A stretch of DNA of 64,000 nt from Candidatus Bathyarchaeota archaeon (GCA_963707955.1 OY970176.1:832001-896000), one strand, 5' to 3'. Positions 49,803 through 60,332 are shown, counted from the stretch's first letter. A program made the numbers and translations. The notes: generated by a model not told the origin, from the letters alone.

Positions 49803-50572
49803 AAATGAAAATGAAGTTGTTACGCGATACTTGGTTGATGTTTGTGCGCAACGTGCAGCACACGGTTCGCAACCCGGTTTTTGTTTTTGCGAGCATGTTT
49901 CAGCCGCTTCTTTATCTGCTCTTGTTCATGCCGCTTCTGAACAATCTCGGCGGTGCTTCAGGGTTACCAGTAGGGCAGACGGTTGACGTGTTCATCCCGG
50001 GCCTTTTGGTTATGCAGGCGCTGTTCGGTTCAGCGTTCGTGGGGTTCTCGCTTATCGATGACATCAGGTCGGGTGTTATAGAGCGTTTTTTGGTGACTCC
50101 TGTGGGGCGGTCAGCGATCCTGTTGGGCAGGATTCTTAGGGACGGTGTTGTTCTTCTTCTCCGATGCGTCCTGATAACGCTTGTCGCGATCCCGTTTGGA
50201 TTGAGCGTGAACGACGGCGGATTTTTGCTGTCTCTGGTGCTGTACGCTTTGATCGGAGTTTCGATGGCTTCCATGTCGTACGGTTTTGCTCTTATTTACA
50301 AGGTTGAAGACCCTTTGGCTCCGACTTTGAACACGATAGCGCTGCCCGTTTCTCTGCTGTCAGGAATCATCCTTCCTCTTGCGCTTGCTCCTTGGTGGCT
50401 TCGAGACATCGCGAAGGGTAATCCGTTCTCGTACGGAGTTGATGCTGCACGCGCGTTGTTTGCGGGCAACTTTCAGAACGTCGAAATCTTCGAGGGCTTC
50501 GCCATCATCAGCGTGCTTGCAATCGTCATATTCCTTTTGGCGTTGAGGCAGCTCAACAAAATGACGTCATGA
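49799..50572 (+). CDS. ABC-2 type permease (DrrB-like)
   Basis: About six TMs; NPFSYGVDAAR motif. Confidence 0.9.
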   Translation: MKMKMKLLRDTWLMFVRNVQHTVRNPVFVFASMFQPLLYLLLFMPLLNNLGGASGLPVGQTVDVFIPGLLVMQALFGSAFVGFSLIDDIRSGVIERFLVTPVGRSAILLGRILRDGVVLLLRCVLITLVAIPFGLSVNDGGFLLSLVLYALIGVSMASMSYGFALIYKVEDPLAPTLNTIALPVSLLSGIILPLALAPWWLRDIAKGNPFSYGVDAARALFAGNFQNVEIFEGFAIISVLAIVIFLLALRQLNKMTS

Positions 50573-50651
50573 CTGCAAGCCGCATACTTTGCAGTTCTTC
50601 GGTACCGGTGCGTTATTGGCGCGCGCGCTCAATTTGTCACAATCGCATGTC

Positions 50652-51737
50652 TTAGCGCGAGTATTTGAAGCTGAAGCCTTTCTGAACTTTCTTAACTGTG
50701 GCTGTCAAGAGCTTGACGGAATTGACAACGTCATTGACGTCCAAGACTTCGTACGAGTGGGCATATCTCGTTGGAATTGAGATCACGCCGCTGGGAACAC
50801 CTTCCCTCGTCAAATGAATCGTTGCCGCGTCAGTAGAACCCTGAGGCAAGACTTCCATTTGATATGGAATTTTCTCCTCCTCTGCGGTCGAAACCAGAAG
50901 TTCCCTCACTTTTGGATGAGAGATCAAACCCAGAGCTCCACCTGCTTTATCCATGACTTTTATGGCTGGACCCGCGCCAACTTTGGTGACTTGATCTTTT
51001 TCGGCGATGCCGGGAATGTCTCCGGCAAGTGTTATGTCAACGGCTATGGCCATGTCGGGAGCGATCTTGTATGCTGCGACTTGTGCTCCACGGCAACCGA
51101 CTTCTTCTTGGACGTCTGCTACGCCGTAAACGTTTGCTTCAAGTTTCTCTCTTGCAAGTTTCTTCATGGTTTCTATGATCACGCACACGCCGACTCGATC
51201 GTCAAACGCCTTGCTGGCAAGTATGTTTCCCGATCCGAGAGCTTTGAATGGGCGTTCGAAAGTGACTGAGTCTCCGATGTGGATGCCTAGCTTCTCGGCT
51301 TCTTTCCTGTTCTTAGCTCCTACGTCGATGAAGAACGCCTTTGGGTCGGGCATTTTATTCGCTTCTTCCGGTGTTTCGGATGGCTTGCAGCAGGTCAAGC
51401 CGCTTACCGGACCTTTCTTGCAATGGACGGTGACAGACTGGGAGAATAAAGATCTTGGAGACACTCCGCCGATTCTTTCGAAGTGTAGAAAGCCCTTCTC
51501 ATCGATGTGCTTGATGAGAAGCCCGACCTCGTCCATGTGCCCGGCAAGCATGATCTTTGGGCCGTCCTTCACACTGGCTTTTTTCAGGGATATCACGTTG
51601 CCGAAATTGTCTGTCTCGACCGAGTCGACATATCGTTCAAGCTCGTGGTAGATTAGCTTTCCAACATCCATCTCGTACCCAGAGACTCCTGATGCTTCGG
51701 TCAGACGTTTCAGAAGACCCTTTATTTCGTTCTCCAA
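50652..51737 (-). CDS. M42 aminopeptidase (TET-like)
   Basis: GHMDEVG, FDDRVG, QEEVG, GSTDA and TRYAHS motifs. Confidence 0.93.
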   Translation of the reverse strand: MENEIKGLLKRLTEASGVSGYEMDVGKLIYHELERYVDSVETDNFGNVISLKKASVKDGPKIMLAGHMDEVGLLIKHIDEKGFLHFERIGGVSPRSLFSQSVTVHCKKGPVSGLTCCKPSETPEEANKMPDPKAFFIDVGAKNRKEAEKLGIHIGDSVTFERPFKALGSGNILASKAFDDRVGVCVIIETMKKLAREKLEANVYGVADVQEEVGCRGAQVAAYKIAPDMAIAVDITLAGDIPGIAEKDQVTKVGAGPAIKVMDKAGGALGLISHPKVRELLVSTAEEEKIPYQMEVLPQGSTDAATIHLTREGVPSGVISIPTRYAHSYEVLDVNDVVNSVKLLTATVKKVQKGFSFKYSR

Positions 51738-52227
51738 GCCAATTCAACTCGCAACAGGTGCGCTGATAGCGTGCACTATGCTGTCGATTCAATAAAAGAT
51801 TTTTCCAGATCTGCATGCGCTGAGTGTTACGACCAACAAGCTGGCGCGCGCTACGCGGTAAATTTACAGAGTTGAGGAGTAGTCTTCTGAGTTTAGTTCG
51901 GCGTCTTGCCGCTTGAATAGTTCGCCTTTTTTCTTGTTTTCAGCGTGCGTTCCCGTACCTGGATAAAGTGTAAAAGCCGTTGTCTCACCCTTTCCTTACA
52001 AACTTTATAACTTACAATATTTGTAAGGATTTTCTTGACAAAGTTCTGCGATTTGCCAAGAGGCGTCGGCCCCTCTAGTGCGCGCGTTTTTCAGAAAGTT
52101 AATGTTGTATGCCAACTGATGGGTAAATGCGTTAAATTTCTGAATGAGTTGAGGCTTGGCAGGTTTTAAATATTTTTAATGCAGTATGCCATAAAATGGA
52201 TAACTACGTTAAAAAAGTGAAAAGCCT

Positions 52228-53055
52228 ATGGTGAACAAAACGGAAGCACTCTACAATGCTCTTCTCCCCACGAAAATTGCAGGCTTTGACGACATTATGC
52301 AAGTAGCGTCAACCGTAATTGAAGGCCCTGCAAACCGCAAATACGTCTATCGCAAGTACGTTAAAAGACTGATTGAAGCTCACAAGTTTCTGGCAATCCG
52401 GAAGGGTCTGTATGCCGTTCTGTCTCCGCTGGAAAAAGCAGAAAAGTACGAACCAGATAAACTTCTAATCGCCTCCAAAATCAGAAAAGAATACTACTTG
52501 GGCTTCCACACCGCCTAGGAATACTACGGCTGCGCTTACTCTGCTTTCAATGAAGCTTACATATGCGTCAACTCGAAAGTCAACTCGAAAGACAGGTTCG
52601 ATCTTTTCAGGTACAAACGGTTCATCTTCAAACCGTTATTCGTCAAAGACACGACATCACAGGTCGTTGAGAAACGGTACGGAAGCAGCCTTCTGAGAGT
52701 CAGTGGCAAGGAAAGGACGTTCACCGAATGCATCGACAGAGTTCAATATGTCGGAGGCTGGGAAGAATGCGTAAAAAGTCTGGAAAATCTCCGCGGACTC
52801 GACGTTGAAAAACTGATCAGCCTAACCCTTCAGCAAGGGAAGAGGAGTCTTCTCAGACGGATCGGCTTCATCGTGGATCTTCTGAGAAAGAGATCACCGT
52901 TCTATGAACACGTCACCGATACTATGCTGAGCAAAATAGACATTGAAACCAGAGGTCCACCGCAATACTTGGTCCGTGGAAAAAAAGGCAGCCTAAACAG
53001 AAGATGGAACCTGTACATTCCAGAAGCTTTGGATGAACAACTTAGAGGCATCTGA
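52228..53055 (+). pseudogene. AbiEi-like type IV TA antitoxin with an internal TAG at 52516-52518
   Basis: IRKGLY, GFHTA*EYYG, KERTFTECIDR, GGWEE and RRWNL in one frame. Confidence 0.8.
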
Positions 53056-53349
53056 GTGAAAAGGAAATACGATTTTGATGCGTTAACGCTGCAATACGGG
53101 TTCAGCGCCAAAGAAATAGAAAAAGTATGCCGAATCTCGGATCTGCTAGAGGACATCTCAGCTGTGAAATTCCTCTCAGACCGCCTATCACTTTACGGCG
53201 GAACAGCTCTCACATTCATCTACTCACCAGAAACACTGCGATTGTCCATAGACCTCGACTTCAACTATCGACACACAGACAATGCAGACTGGGGAGAGAT
53301 CCGAAAGGAAATCGACAAACGGCTGAAAGATCTAGCGCGCGCGCAATAG
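53056..53349 (+). pseudogene. AbiEii-like nucleotidyltransferase toxin, truncated
   Basis: IEKV, YGGTAL and RLSIDLDF motifs; ends in a (GC)n tract after about 93 aa. Confidence 0.82.
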
Positions 53350-53493
53350 GTTACGGCCAACACGCTAGCCCCTTGAAGAAACTTGTCTAGAGGATATTTG
53401 TCTTTGTAGAATGCGTAATCAGAGCTTTAGAGTGTTTGTAGTAAGAGTTAAGTGTAACTTATGTGTCATTTTGTTATGGATAAGGGATACTTC

Positions 53494-53688
53494 ATGAGCG
53501 TAACGAAAACCCGAAGAGTTGGCGGTTCGCTGGTCGTGACAATACCCAAGAAACTCATCGATAGTAAGAAAATCAAGGAAGGAGAGTTGGTGGAGATAAG
53601 CGTAAGGAAGGTAAAGATGGATGGGTTCGGAGCATTTAGAATGCTGAAACCGTTCACGGCGGAAGACGAGTTGAACGCGCATGACTAG
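53494..53688 (+). CDS. AbrB/MazE-type antitoxin (VapB-like)
   Basis: KTRRVGGSLVVTIPK...IKEGELVEI. Confidence 0.85.
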   Translation: MSVTKTRRVGGSLVVTIPKKLIDSKKIKEGELVEISVRKVKMDGFGAFRMLKPFTAEDELNAHD

Positions 53689-54088
53689 AGAATATGTAGT
53701 TGACGCGTATGCTTGGATAGAGTATCTGATTGGAAGCGACGTCGGCGCAAGAGTCAAGGTTGTACTTGAGGATGAGAATAATGGGATTTACACGAGCGCT
53801 GTGACGCTTGGAGAGGTGATAAGCAAGATTGCTCGTGAAGAGCAGGACGTGTGTACTGCGTATCGCATTTTGCTCAGTAACTCAGATGTCATTGACGTAG
53901 ATGAGGAGTTGTCGAAGCAAACAGGAATAATTCACGCTGAAATGCGAAAGAGCAAGAAAGATTTCGGACTGGCCGACGCATTCGTTTTGGCCACGGCAAG
54001 AAAACTTGGAACAAGAATCCTGACAGGTGACCCACACTTCCAAGGCATCAAAGAAGCGACGCTAGTGATAAAAAAGCCTGTTAGTTAA
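53681..54088 (+). CDS. vapC: PIN-domain toxin (VapC-like)
   Basis: VVDAYAWIEY, GLADAF and ILTGDPHF motifs; overlaps the antitoxin gene. Confidence 0.9.
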   Translation: MTREYVVDAYAWIEYLIGSDVGARVKVVLEDENNGIYTSAVTLGEVISKIAREEQDVCTAYRILLSNSDVIDVDEELSKQTGIIHAEMRKSKKDFGLADAFVLATARKLGTRILTGDPHFQGIKEATLVIKKPVS

Positions 54089-54307
54089 TCTTCTATGACT
54101 CCTCCTGCGACGGGAGAGCAGATATCTCATAGTATCTAGGCATATCTCCTCGGTTAATAGGCAAAGGCGAAATCTACTAGGTAAGACATTCGGAACGGAT
54201 TTTCTATCAAGCAGAGCCCTGATTCAGGTATCGACTATGGGGTAAGCAAAGTCTTATACAATCTGGGTTAAGACTAACTGTCTCCGAGACTAGCGCGCGG
54301 GTTGTGC

Positions 54308-55051
54308 ATGGTCGAGTATGAGCATAGAGGCAAGACTTCGAAACCGTTTGTGACTTTTTGGGGATCACTTACGAGCAAGGAAGGAGGAAAGGAGAGGGCA
54401 CGCATTGTGCTGGAACCCGTAAATGAATACTGCAAGCAGGCAAAGAAGATACTGGAAATAGGTTGCGGAATTGGAGAGGTCTTGGTCAATCTTCCCGATA
54501 GATACGCTGTCTACGGTTTGGACGTCGAAAGAGACTACATTGAGGTTTGCAGAAGGAGAATGCCAAGGGGCGAGTTTTTTGTTTTCAGCATGCACAACTT
54601 CAAGGTTGATGAGAAGTTTGATGTCATTTTCTCTGCTAACGATGCTGTCAACTTTCTGAAGGATTTTGCCCAGTAGAAATCAACGTTCAAGGCGGTGTAT
54701 GAACATCTTAAAAGGGATGGGCTGTTCATCTTTGATGTGTATACTCCGAAGATGCTGAGGGATACGGTTCGTTGGTTGGAAAAGTATAACAGGTCCACTT
54801 CATCGGTCAGGGAATTTGCCAAAGGATTCTACTATGACAAGGAGATTGTGAAGGGCAACACGCTGACTTGGGATTCCAGAGTCTTTGAAGAACTCCCAAA
54901 TGGACTTTACAGGCTTCACAAGTACAAGTTTAAAGAAACGATGTACCCGGTTGCAAAGATGAAATCCGCCCTGTCCGAGTATTTCGAGATCGTTGAAGCC
55001 GATTTGAGAGAAGAAGGCAGAAAGATTCTATTTGTCTGCAGAAAAAATTAA
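54308..55051 (+). pseudogene. Class I SAM-dependent methyltransferase with an internal TAG at 54674-54676
   Basis: ILEIGCGIG, FDVIF and HLKRDGLFIFD in one frame. Confidence 0.8.
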
Positions 55052-55394
55052 AAGCGCACGCTTCTTCAAAGCGCAGAATCAGCTCTAACGTCACTCTAGG
55101 CGGCATGCCTGATGTGTATAGAATTATATCGCGACACATAAAGCGAATTGTACAATGGGCTGGTCACTGATTGGCAAGAAAACACATTGTCAGGGTTGTT
55201 TTGAGTTCACAACACAAGGAAATGCTAGACGATATTGCCAGAAATTGGGCAGAGTCAAAGTGAGACTCTGCTTGTAGCCTTCCTAGAATACGCGAAAAGT
55301 CTAAGCCTAGTACCTGAAAAAGTCCATGAAAAAAGAAGAGAATCTAGCTATCAAAGCGGAAAAATGATTCAATTTCAGTTGTCGAAAAGAATTT

Positions 55395-56678
55395 ATGATA
55401 AGAAAAGAACATAGGATTGGAATGGGCACCACCAAGAAGGATGCACTCACTAGTGATTTGCGCGATGCTATTGCCAAAGAACTACTGGATTCCCTATATA
55501 TAGGATTTGAGTTAAGCAAAAAGGTGTACTTCATACTTGACACCTCTGATAGAGATGCCGAGTTTCTTCAAGATTATATATTGGCCGAGATTCGAGCTCG
55601 ATTGGGAGAACCCTTTGTTGTAGATTTTGCAGAAGTGGGATCTGGAATTACACTCGTGCAGGATCTTCTCACCATGATTTTTCTGAGGTCCGAATTCCCC
55701 TTTGCTTTACTAAACACAAAGAAGAAAGGGACTCATATCAGAATATTCCAAGTTTTCTTGGAGAAAACTAATCAGCCCCTTCTAGAGATTGCTCAACGAT
55801 TCCTTGAATGCAAACGCTTGAATAATCGCCAAAGAAAGAAGTTGAACGTTGACTCCGATCTTTCTGATTTAAGAAATGCTGTTGACTTCTTCACAGAAGG
55901 AGTATGTTCGTATTTTCAATCCTCGAAGAGAATGCCTGTTTTCTATTTCAAGAATCTTAAGCTTGATAAAGATGAGCTGAAAGCGGACGCAACAACCAGA
56001 TTTCTTGAAGGAGTACAGAGAGAAATTCCATGTGTCTTTGTTATGAAGGTCGAAAGAGACTCTGAATATCTGTTACTCTATGTTGAGGATTGTTCCAACA
56101 TAACCAGAATTCCTGCCTTACGTTCCGAGAACCTGAAGGACTCTGTTTCTCGTATATGTGAATCCTCGCAATCTGCAAACAAGCCAAGATTTACCGAAGA
56201 GGGACTGTGTGAATTTTGCAGTGCAATGTCTCATATTCACGGAAAGACTCTTTCTGCGTCAGCACTGACAAAAGCTTTGCTTGATGCTGAGGGCAACGCA
56301 AGGTTGAATAAATCTGAAACGATTTCGGCCGAAACAGTCAGAGAACTCTTTTCAGTTGCCACCGTTAACGCAGCACGTCCGAAACCGAGAGAGCCCAGAG
56401 TTGGTCTCTCACCATATTTTGCCACTGAAGTCGAGCGTCTTACTAGGCAGTGCAAAATCTTTGGACTGGATCCACATTATGCCCTACCTTGGAATTTCAA
56501 GAAAGTTATGTACTATATCAGTTCCGGGTCCCTGAGATACTGCCAAGATAGTGACACATTTGAGACTTTGAGATACATTGGACACCAGTATTGGCTCGAC
56601 TTGGATTCTGCACTTCGTTTGATGGGTTATAGGTATGCCGGAGAAGGAAAGTGGGTTTTTTCGCCGCAGAGAGAGTGA
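55395..56678 (+). CDS. Hypothetical protein, possibly a degenerate AAA+ fold
   Basis: 427 aa; RFTEEGL...ETISAETVREL resembles an AAA+ lid; no Walker A seen. Confidence 0.7.
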   Translation: MIRKEHRIGMGTTKKDALTSDLRDAIAKELLDSLYIGFELSKKVYFILDTSDRDAEFLQDYILAEIRARLGEPFVVDFAEVGSGITLVQDLLTMIFLRSEFPFALLNTKKKGTHIRIFQVFLEKTNQPLLEIAQRFLECKRLNNRQRKKLNVDSDLSDLRNAVDFFTEGVCSYFQSSKRMPVFYFKNLKLDKDELKADATTRFLEGVQREIPCVFVMKVERDSEYLLLYVEDCSNITRIPALRSENLKDSVSRICESSQSANKPRFTEEGLCEFCSAMSHIHGKTLSASALTKALLDAEGNARLNKSETISAETVRELFSVATVNAARPKPREPRVGLSPYFATEVERLTRQCKIFGLDPHYALPWNFKKVMYYISSGSLRYCQDSDTFETLRYIGHQYWLDLDSALRLMGYRYAGEGKWVFSPQRE

Positions 56679-56684
56679 CATATC

Positions 56685-58334
56685 CTATAGTGTTTTGAAC
56701 AGAATCGTAAATCTTGCTTTTCTCAAGCTGTTGCTAGCCATGTCCTTATCATGAGTCAGGAGTGTCGCGTCGTAGAGTTCGGCAATATCTATAATCATTC
56801 TGTCAATCGAATTGAAGCTGGAGGTTTCCTTGATCTCGGACCCAGTAGGATTTCGACCAACTTCACTTAATTCAATCCTACCCGTGGAATTAAGACCCAC
56901 CAACATTTGATATTCTTGTCTTGCCAGTCTACTTACTAATCGTTTCTCTTCTTTCTTATCCCATGAGGACATTTCAGAAAGAACAGCAATCGGAATGAAG
57001 ACTTTGATCCGCCGTGTTTTAAGCTCTGGAATCCATTTGCATAGCGCCGAGAAGTCGAGTCCTGCTAGCGATGACGTATCAAGTACAAGCGAATACAGAG
57101 TGTCTGCTAGGAAATTTATCAAATGGTTTGCGTTGGTTCCGCAGAACGGACATGTCGCTCTCCTTATCGTGACCGCTGTGTTGCCAATGGGCATGGTCGT
57201 CTCAACCACAAGCAGAGGCAACTTGCTACCACAGTTAGTGCATTTGAAGAAGAGAGTTGGAAGCATTTCTGACACGGTTTTTTCGAGATCTTTCTTGGAA
57301 ATGAAATATTCCTGCCTGTCTTGGACTGAACGGTTGAGAGATTTCTGCATGATTTTAACTAGCTTTCCCGGTTCCAAAGGAAACATGCTCAGGAGGTATT
57401 TCTCTGCCTCTGAAGTGAGAGGATAACTTGCAGACGTCAAGTGCTCATCAAGTTTTACATCGGATAAGGCCTTAGTCTTGGCAGAATCAACGTAACTTTT
57501 CCTTGCATCTGTAATGAACTCTCCTATGTCTCTCTCCAGCAAAAGAGGAAGTTCGAGGTTTTCAAAAGCGGCGCTTTTTGGATGTAATATTCGGTTAAAG
57601 CCATCGATTTTACCCGACTCGATAGAGAGGAAGAAACTGGACAAGTCCATCACTGAACTCAAGAGTTTAGCCATCTGAACTTTATTGTCCTCATTAATGT
57701 AAGTGATCAGATCATCAAACAAGATTTCGCAATGATCAGCAATCAAGACCGGATAAAACTGCTTCTGAAAGAAGGCATAATAGAAGCGCAAAAGGTTCGC
57801 AAGCACGTCAATCTCAATCCAGACATCTTTGATATTGGGCATCCAACTTTCGCCATGTTTCACTAGGTTTCCATTCAACCATTCTCTCAACTTCTCAGGG
57901 TTCCGACTGACCCTTGTGAAAACCGTTGCAATTACACTGGACGCACCAGTTAGTTGTCTCAGATCAGGAAGACCATTTGGCTTAGCAACAAATTCCAGAA
58001 AGGCATCTACACAACCGTTCAGCATGAGAGAGTTAAGAATCTGAGAATATAATTGAAAGGGCACTCTGGCGAAAATGAAATCAACCTCGAGACAACGCAT
58101 CTGCGACTCACTGAAAATCCTGTTTCGAACAAAAGCCAATAGATGCGTCTTCCCTGATTGATGCGGACCGTATATCACAATCTGGGCTCTCGAATTCACC
58201 TTCAGAATAGCTGTTATTAACCCTTCAATCCTTTTCTTCAATTCACCCCTTTCAAAATATAGTAGTGCGTCAAGGAGCGGGTTTGGAACAAGATTCTTTC
58301 GCACAAGAAATTCTTCGTAGAGCAATCGCTTCAC
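56685..58334 (-). CDS. P-loop ATPase-Zn ribbon-PIN fusion protein
   Basis: GPHQSGKT; CTNC...CPFC; LVLDTS...VLSEM...IDRMII...LLTHD. Confidence 0.85.
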   Translation of the reverse strand: MKRLLYEEFLVRKNLVPNPLLDALLYFERGELKKRIEGLITAILKVNSRAQIVIYGPHQSGKTHLLAFVRNRIFSESQMRCLEVDFIFARVPFQLYSQILNSLMLNGCVDAFLEFVAKPNGLPDLRQLTGASSVIATVFTRVSRNPEKLREWLNGNLVKHGESWMPNIKDVWIEIDVLANLLRFYYAFFQKQFYPVLIADHCEILFDDLITYINEDNKVQMAKLLSSVMDLSSFFLSIESGKIDGFNRILHPKSAAFENLELPLLLERDIGEFITDARKSYVDSAKTKALSDVKLDEHLTSASYPLTSEAEKYLLSMFPLEPGKLVKIMQKSLNRSVQDRQEYFISKKDLEKTVSEMLPTLFFKCTNCGSKLPLLVVETTMPIGNTAVTIRRATCPFCGTNANHLINFLADTLYSLVLDTSSLAGLDFSALCKWIPELKTRRIKVFIPIAVLSEMSSWDKKEEKRLVSRLARQEYQMLVGLNSTGRIELSEVGRNPTGSEIKETSSFNSIDRMIIDIAELYDATLLTHDKDMASNSLRKARFTILFKTL

Positions 58335-58389
58335 TAGTTAATCTTTTCTACTGAATCTGTTTATAATGATTGGGGCAAGGTCGATTGCA

Positions 58390-59862
58390 ATGGAGTCATT
58401 AGGTATCAAGTATATACCCAAGGAATATGTCAAAGTTGGCGATCGTCTTTCGATAGATAGTAGAGCAATAAAAGGGAAGAACATAATACTGAGTCATTCC
58501 GCAGAGAGAATCGAATTTGATTCCATCATATTCTTGGGAAAAGTTGTTGAACACACTCCGACAGTTGACTATTTCGGGTTCAATGTATGGTTAGATACAA
58601 GCTACCCCTTCGTCGTTCTAGTTCCTGGAAGAAGAGGCACTGGAAAGAGCTACACTCTAGGCATTCTGTCTGAAGGATTGGCGTTAAATAAAGACGAAAG
58701 TCCAATCACCACAAAAGAAACTAGTCATTCAGTTGTAATCATTGACACGCTTGGACAGTTCTGGCAGATGAAATACAAACCCAATGCAAATGATTATGAG
58801 GGTAAGAAACAGTTAGAGGATTTGAATGATTGGGGATTAAAGCCAGTCGCTTTGAGCAACATTCAGGTTTTTACTCCAAAGGGCATGAAAATTGGAGAAT
58901 CATGGAAAGAGCTTTCTATCCGATTCTGTGAAGTTGAAGTTGGTGAACTTGCTGGGTTTCTAGACGTAGATTTGTATCTTGATCGAATGGGGCAACTACT
59001 GCTGCATATCTATGAAAGAGTGGACGAAGGTGGGTACCAAAGCGCTCACATTGACGAAAAGACAAATGAAGTTGTTAAGGGAGCATTCATTCCAATTTCG
59101 AAAGATTTTGATATAGATGACCTGATAGGTTGCATAGATTCTGATCATGAGATAATCTCGAAGACAACGGGATTTGAGGTTCAAACTCGTCGAGCCCTGA
59201 GAAATCGTCTGATGATAATGCGTAAATGGAAGATCTTCTCGGACAAAGGAACCGCGATAAACGAGATCGTCAAAGAAGGGACACTCACGGTTGTTGATTT
59301 GGAAGGCGCAGATCAGGATTTGAGGAACCTTGTCACTGCTGTATTGACAAGGAAGATATTTCAGGCAAGATCAGAGGCCCGAAGACAGGAGAAACTTGCA
59401 GAGACTGAAGGAGCTGATACTTTCTTTAAGAAATCCCCAATATTGACACCAATGTGGTTAGTCATTGACGAAGCGCATGAGTATTGCCCTTCCACAGGGC
59501 GGACAGCAGCAAAAGAGCCACTGATTCGATTTGCGAAGGAAGGCAGAAGCATCGGATTAGGTTTGATAATGGCAACGCAACAACCTTCTGCTCTGTCTGA
59601 GAAGATCTCTTCCCAGACGGAGGTATTGATCAGTCATGCACTGGCATTTGCAAGTGACATTCAGTCACTCGAAAATCGACTTGTCAACAAGAAAGTAGAT
59701 ACATTTCAGGGCAGAAACCAATCTCACTCATTTGAAGATCAGATTCGCCTTATCTCTCCAGGCACAGCATTTGTTTCCATTGTGAACGTGTCTTCCGTTT
59801 TTCTGCTAATGCTTAGGCCGAGACTGACTATGCATGGAGGAAAGGCGCCCAAAATGGGTTGA
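58390..59862 (+). CDS. HerA/FtsK-family ATPase
   Basis: GRRGTGKS, VIDEAH and KEGRSIGLGLIMATQQP motifs. Confidence 0.9.
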   Translation: MESLGIKYIPKEYVKVGDRLSIDSRAIKGKNIILSHSAERIEFDSIIFLGKVVEHTPTVDYFGFNVWLDTSYPFVVLVPGRRGTGKSYTLGILSEGLALNKDESPITTKETSHSVVIIDTLGQFWQMKYKPNANDYEGKKQLEDLNDWGLKPVALSNIQVFTPKGMKIGESWKELSIRFCEVEVGELAGFLDVDLYLDRMGQLLLHIYERVDEGGYQSAHIDEKTNEVVKGAFIPISKDFDIDDLIGCIDSDHEIISKTTGFEVQTRRALRNRLMIMRKWKIFSDKGTAINEIVKEGTLTVVDLEGADQDLRNLVTAVLTRKIFQARSEARRQEKLAETEGADTFFKKSPILTPMWLVIDEAHEYCPSTGRTAAKEPLIRFAKEGRSIGLGLIMATQQPSALSEKISSQTEVLISHALAFASDIQSLENRLVNKKVDTFQGRNQSHSFEDQIRLISPGTAFVSIVNVSSVFLLMLRPRLTMHGGKAPKMG

Positions 59863-60332
59863 TATTAGTGCCAATTATCGATGCTGATCAGATAAGGATA
59901 TGGACGGAAGATATTCCGGGAAAGTTTGCAGAACTATTGCGGATTTCTGACCCATTGAATGTCTACATATCTTCTCCATGGATAAGTGAATTTGAGCATC
60001 CGTTAATAAATCTCAGAAGGATTCTAGCCAAAAAGAAAGCCAGTACTATAATACTGACGAGACCGCCACAGAACCTTGCCTCAAAACGATTTCTCGCAAG
60101 ACTTAAGAATGAAACTCCTACAAGGATTTATGTTAACAGGCGTCTTCACGCCAAACTATACATAATTGAAGGACCCAAGCAAAAATACGTGGTTATCGGC
60201 TCATCCAATTTTACGCAGGAAGCACGTTTCAATGTTGAATTCGCCGTAGTAATCGTGGGAAGTGATATCATGACAAAAAGAGTAATATACAGTTTCCTCG
60301 CATACCTGAAACCAGCATGCGCGATTTGGTGA
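59859..60332 (+). CDS. Single-domain PLD-family nuclease (DpdK-like)
   Basis: ISSPWIS, LHAKLYI and GSSNFT motifs. Confidence 0.85.
   Translation: MILVPIIDADQIRIWTEDIPGKFAELLRISDPLNVYISSPWISEFEHPLINLRRILAKKKASTIILTRPPQNLASKRFLARLKNETPTRIYVNRRLHAKLYIIEGPKQKYVVIGSSNFTQEARFNVEFAVVIVGSDIMTKRVIYSFLAYLKPACAIW

Noticed and set aside
52516-54676. Amber (pyrrolysine) readthrough of two in-frame TAG codons
   Set aside because: The positions correspond to expected Leu and Trp, one substitution away; TAG ends normal genes here (tyrS, alba); the neighbours are decayed; no pyl genes are in the window
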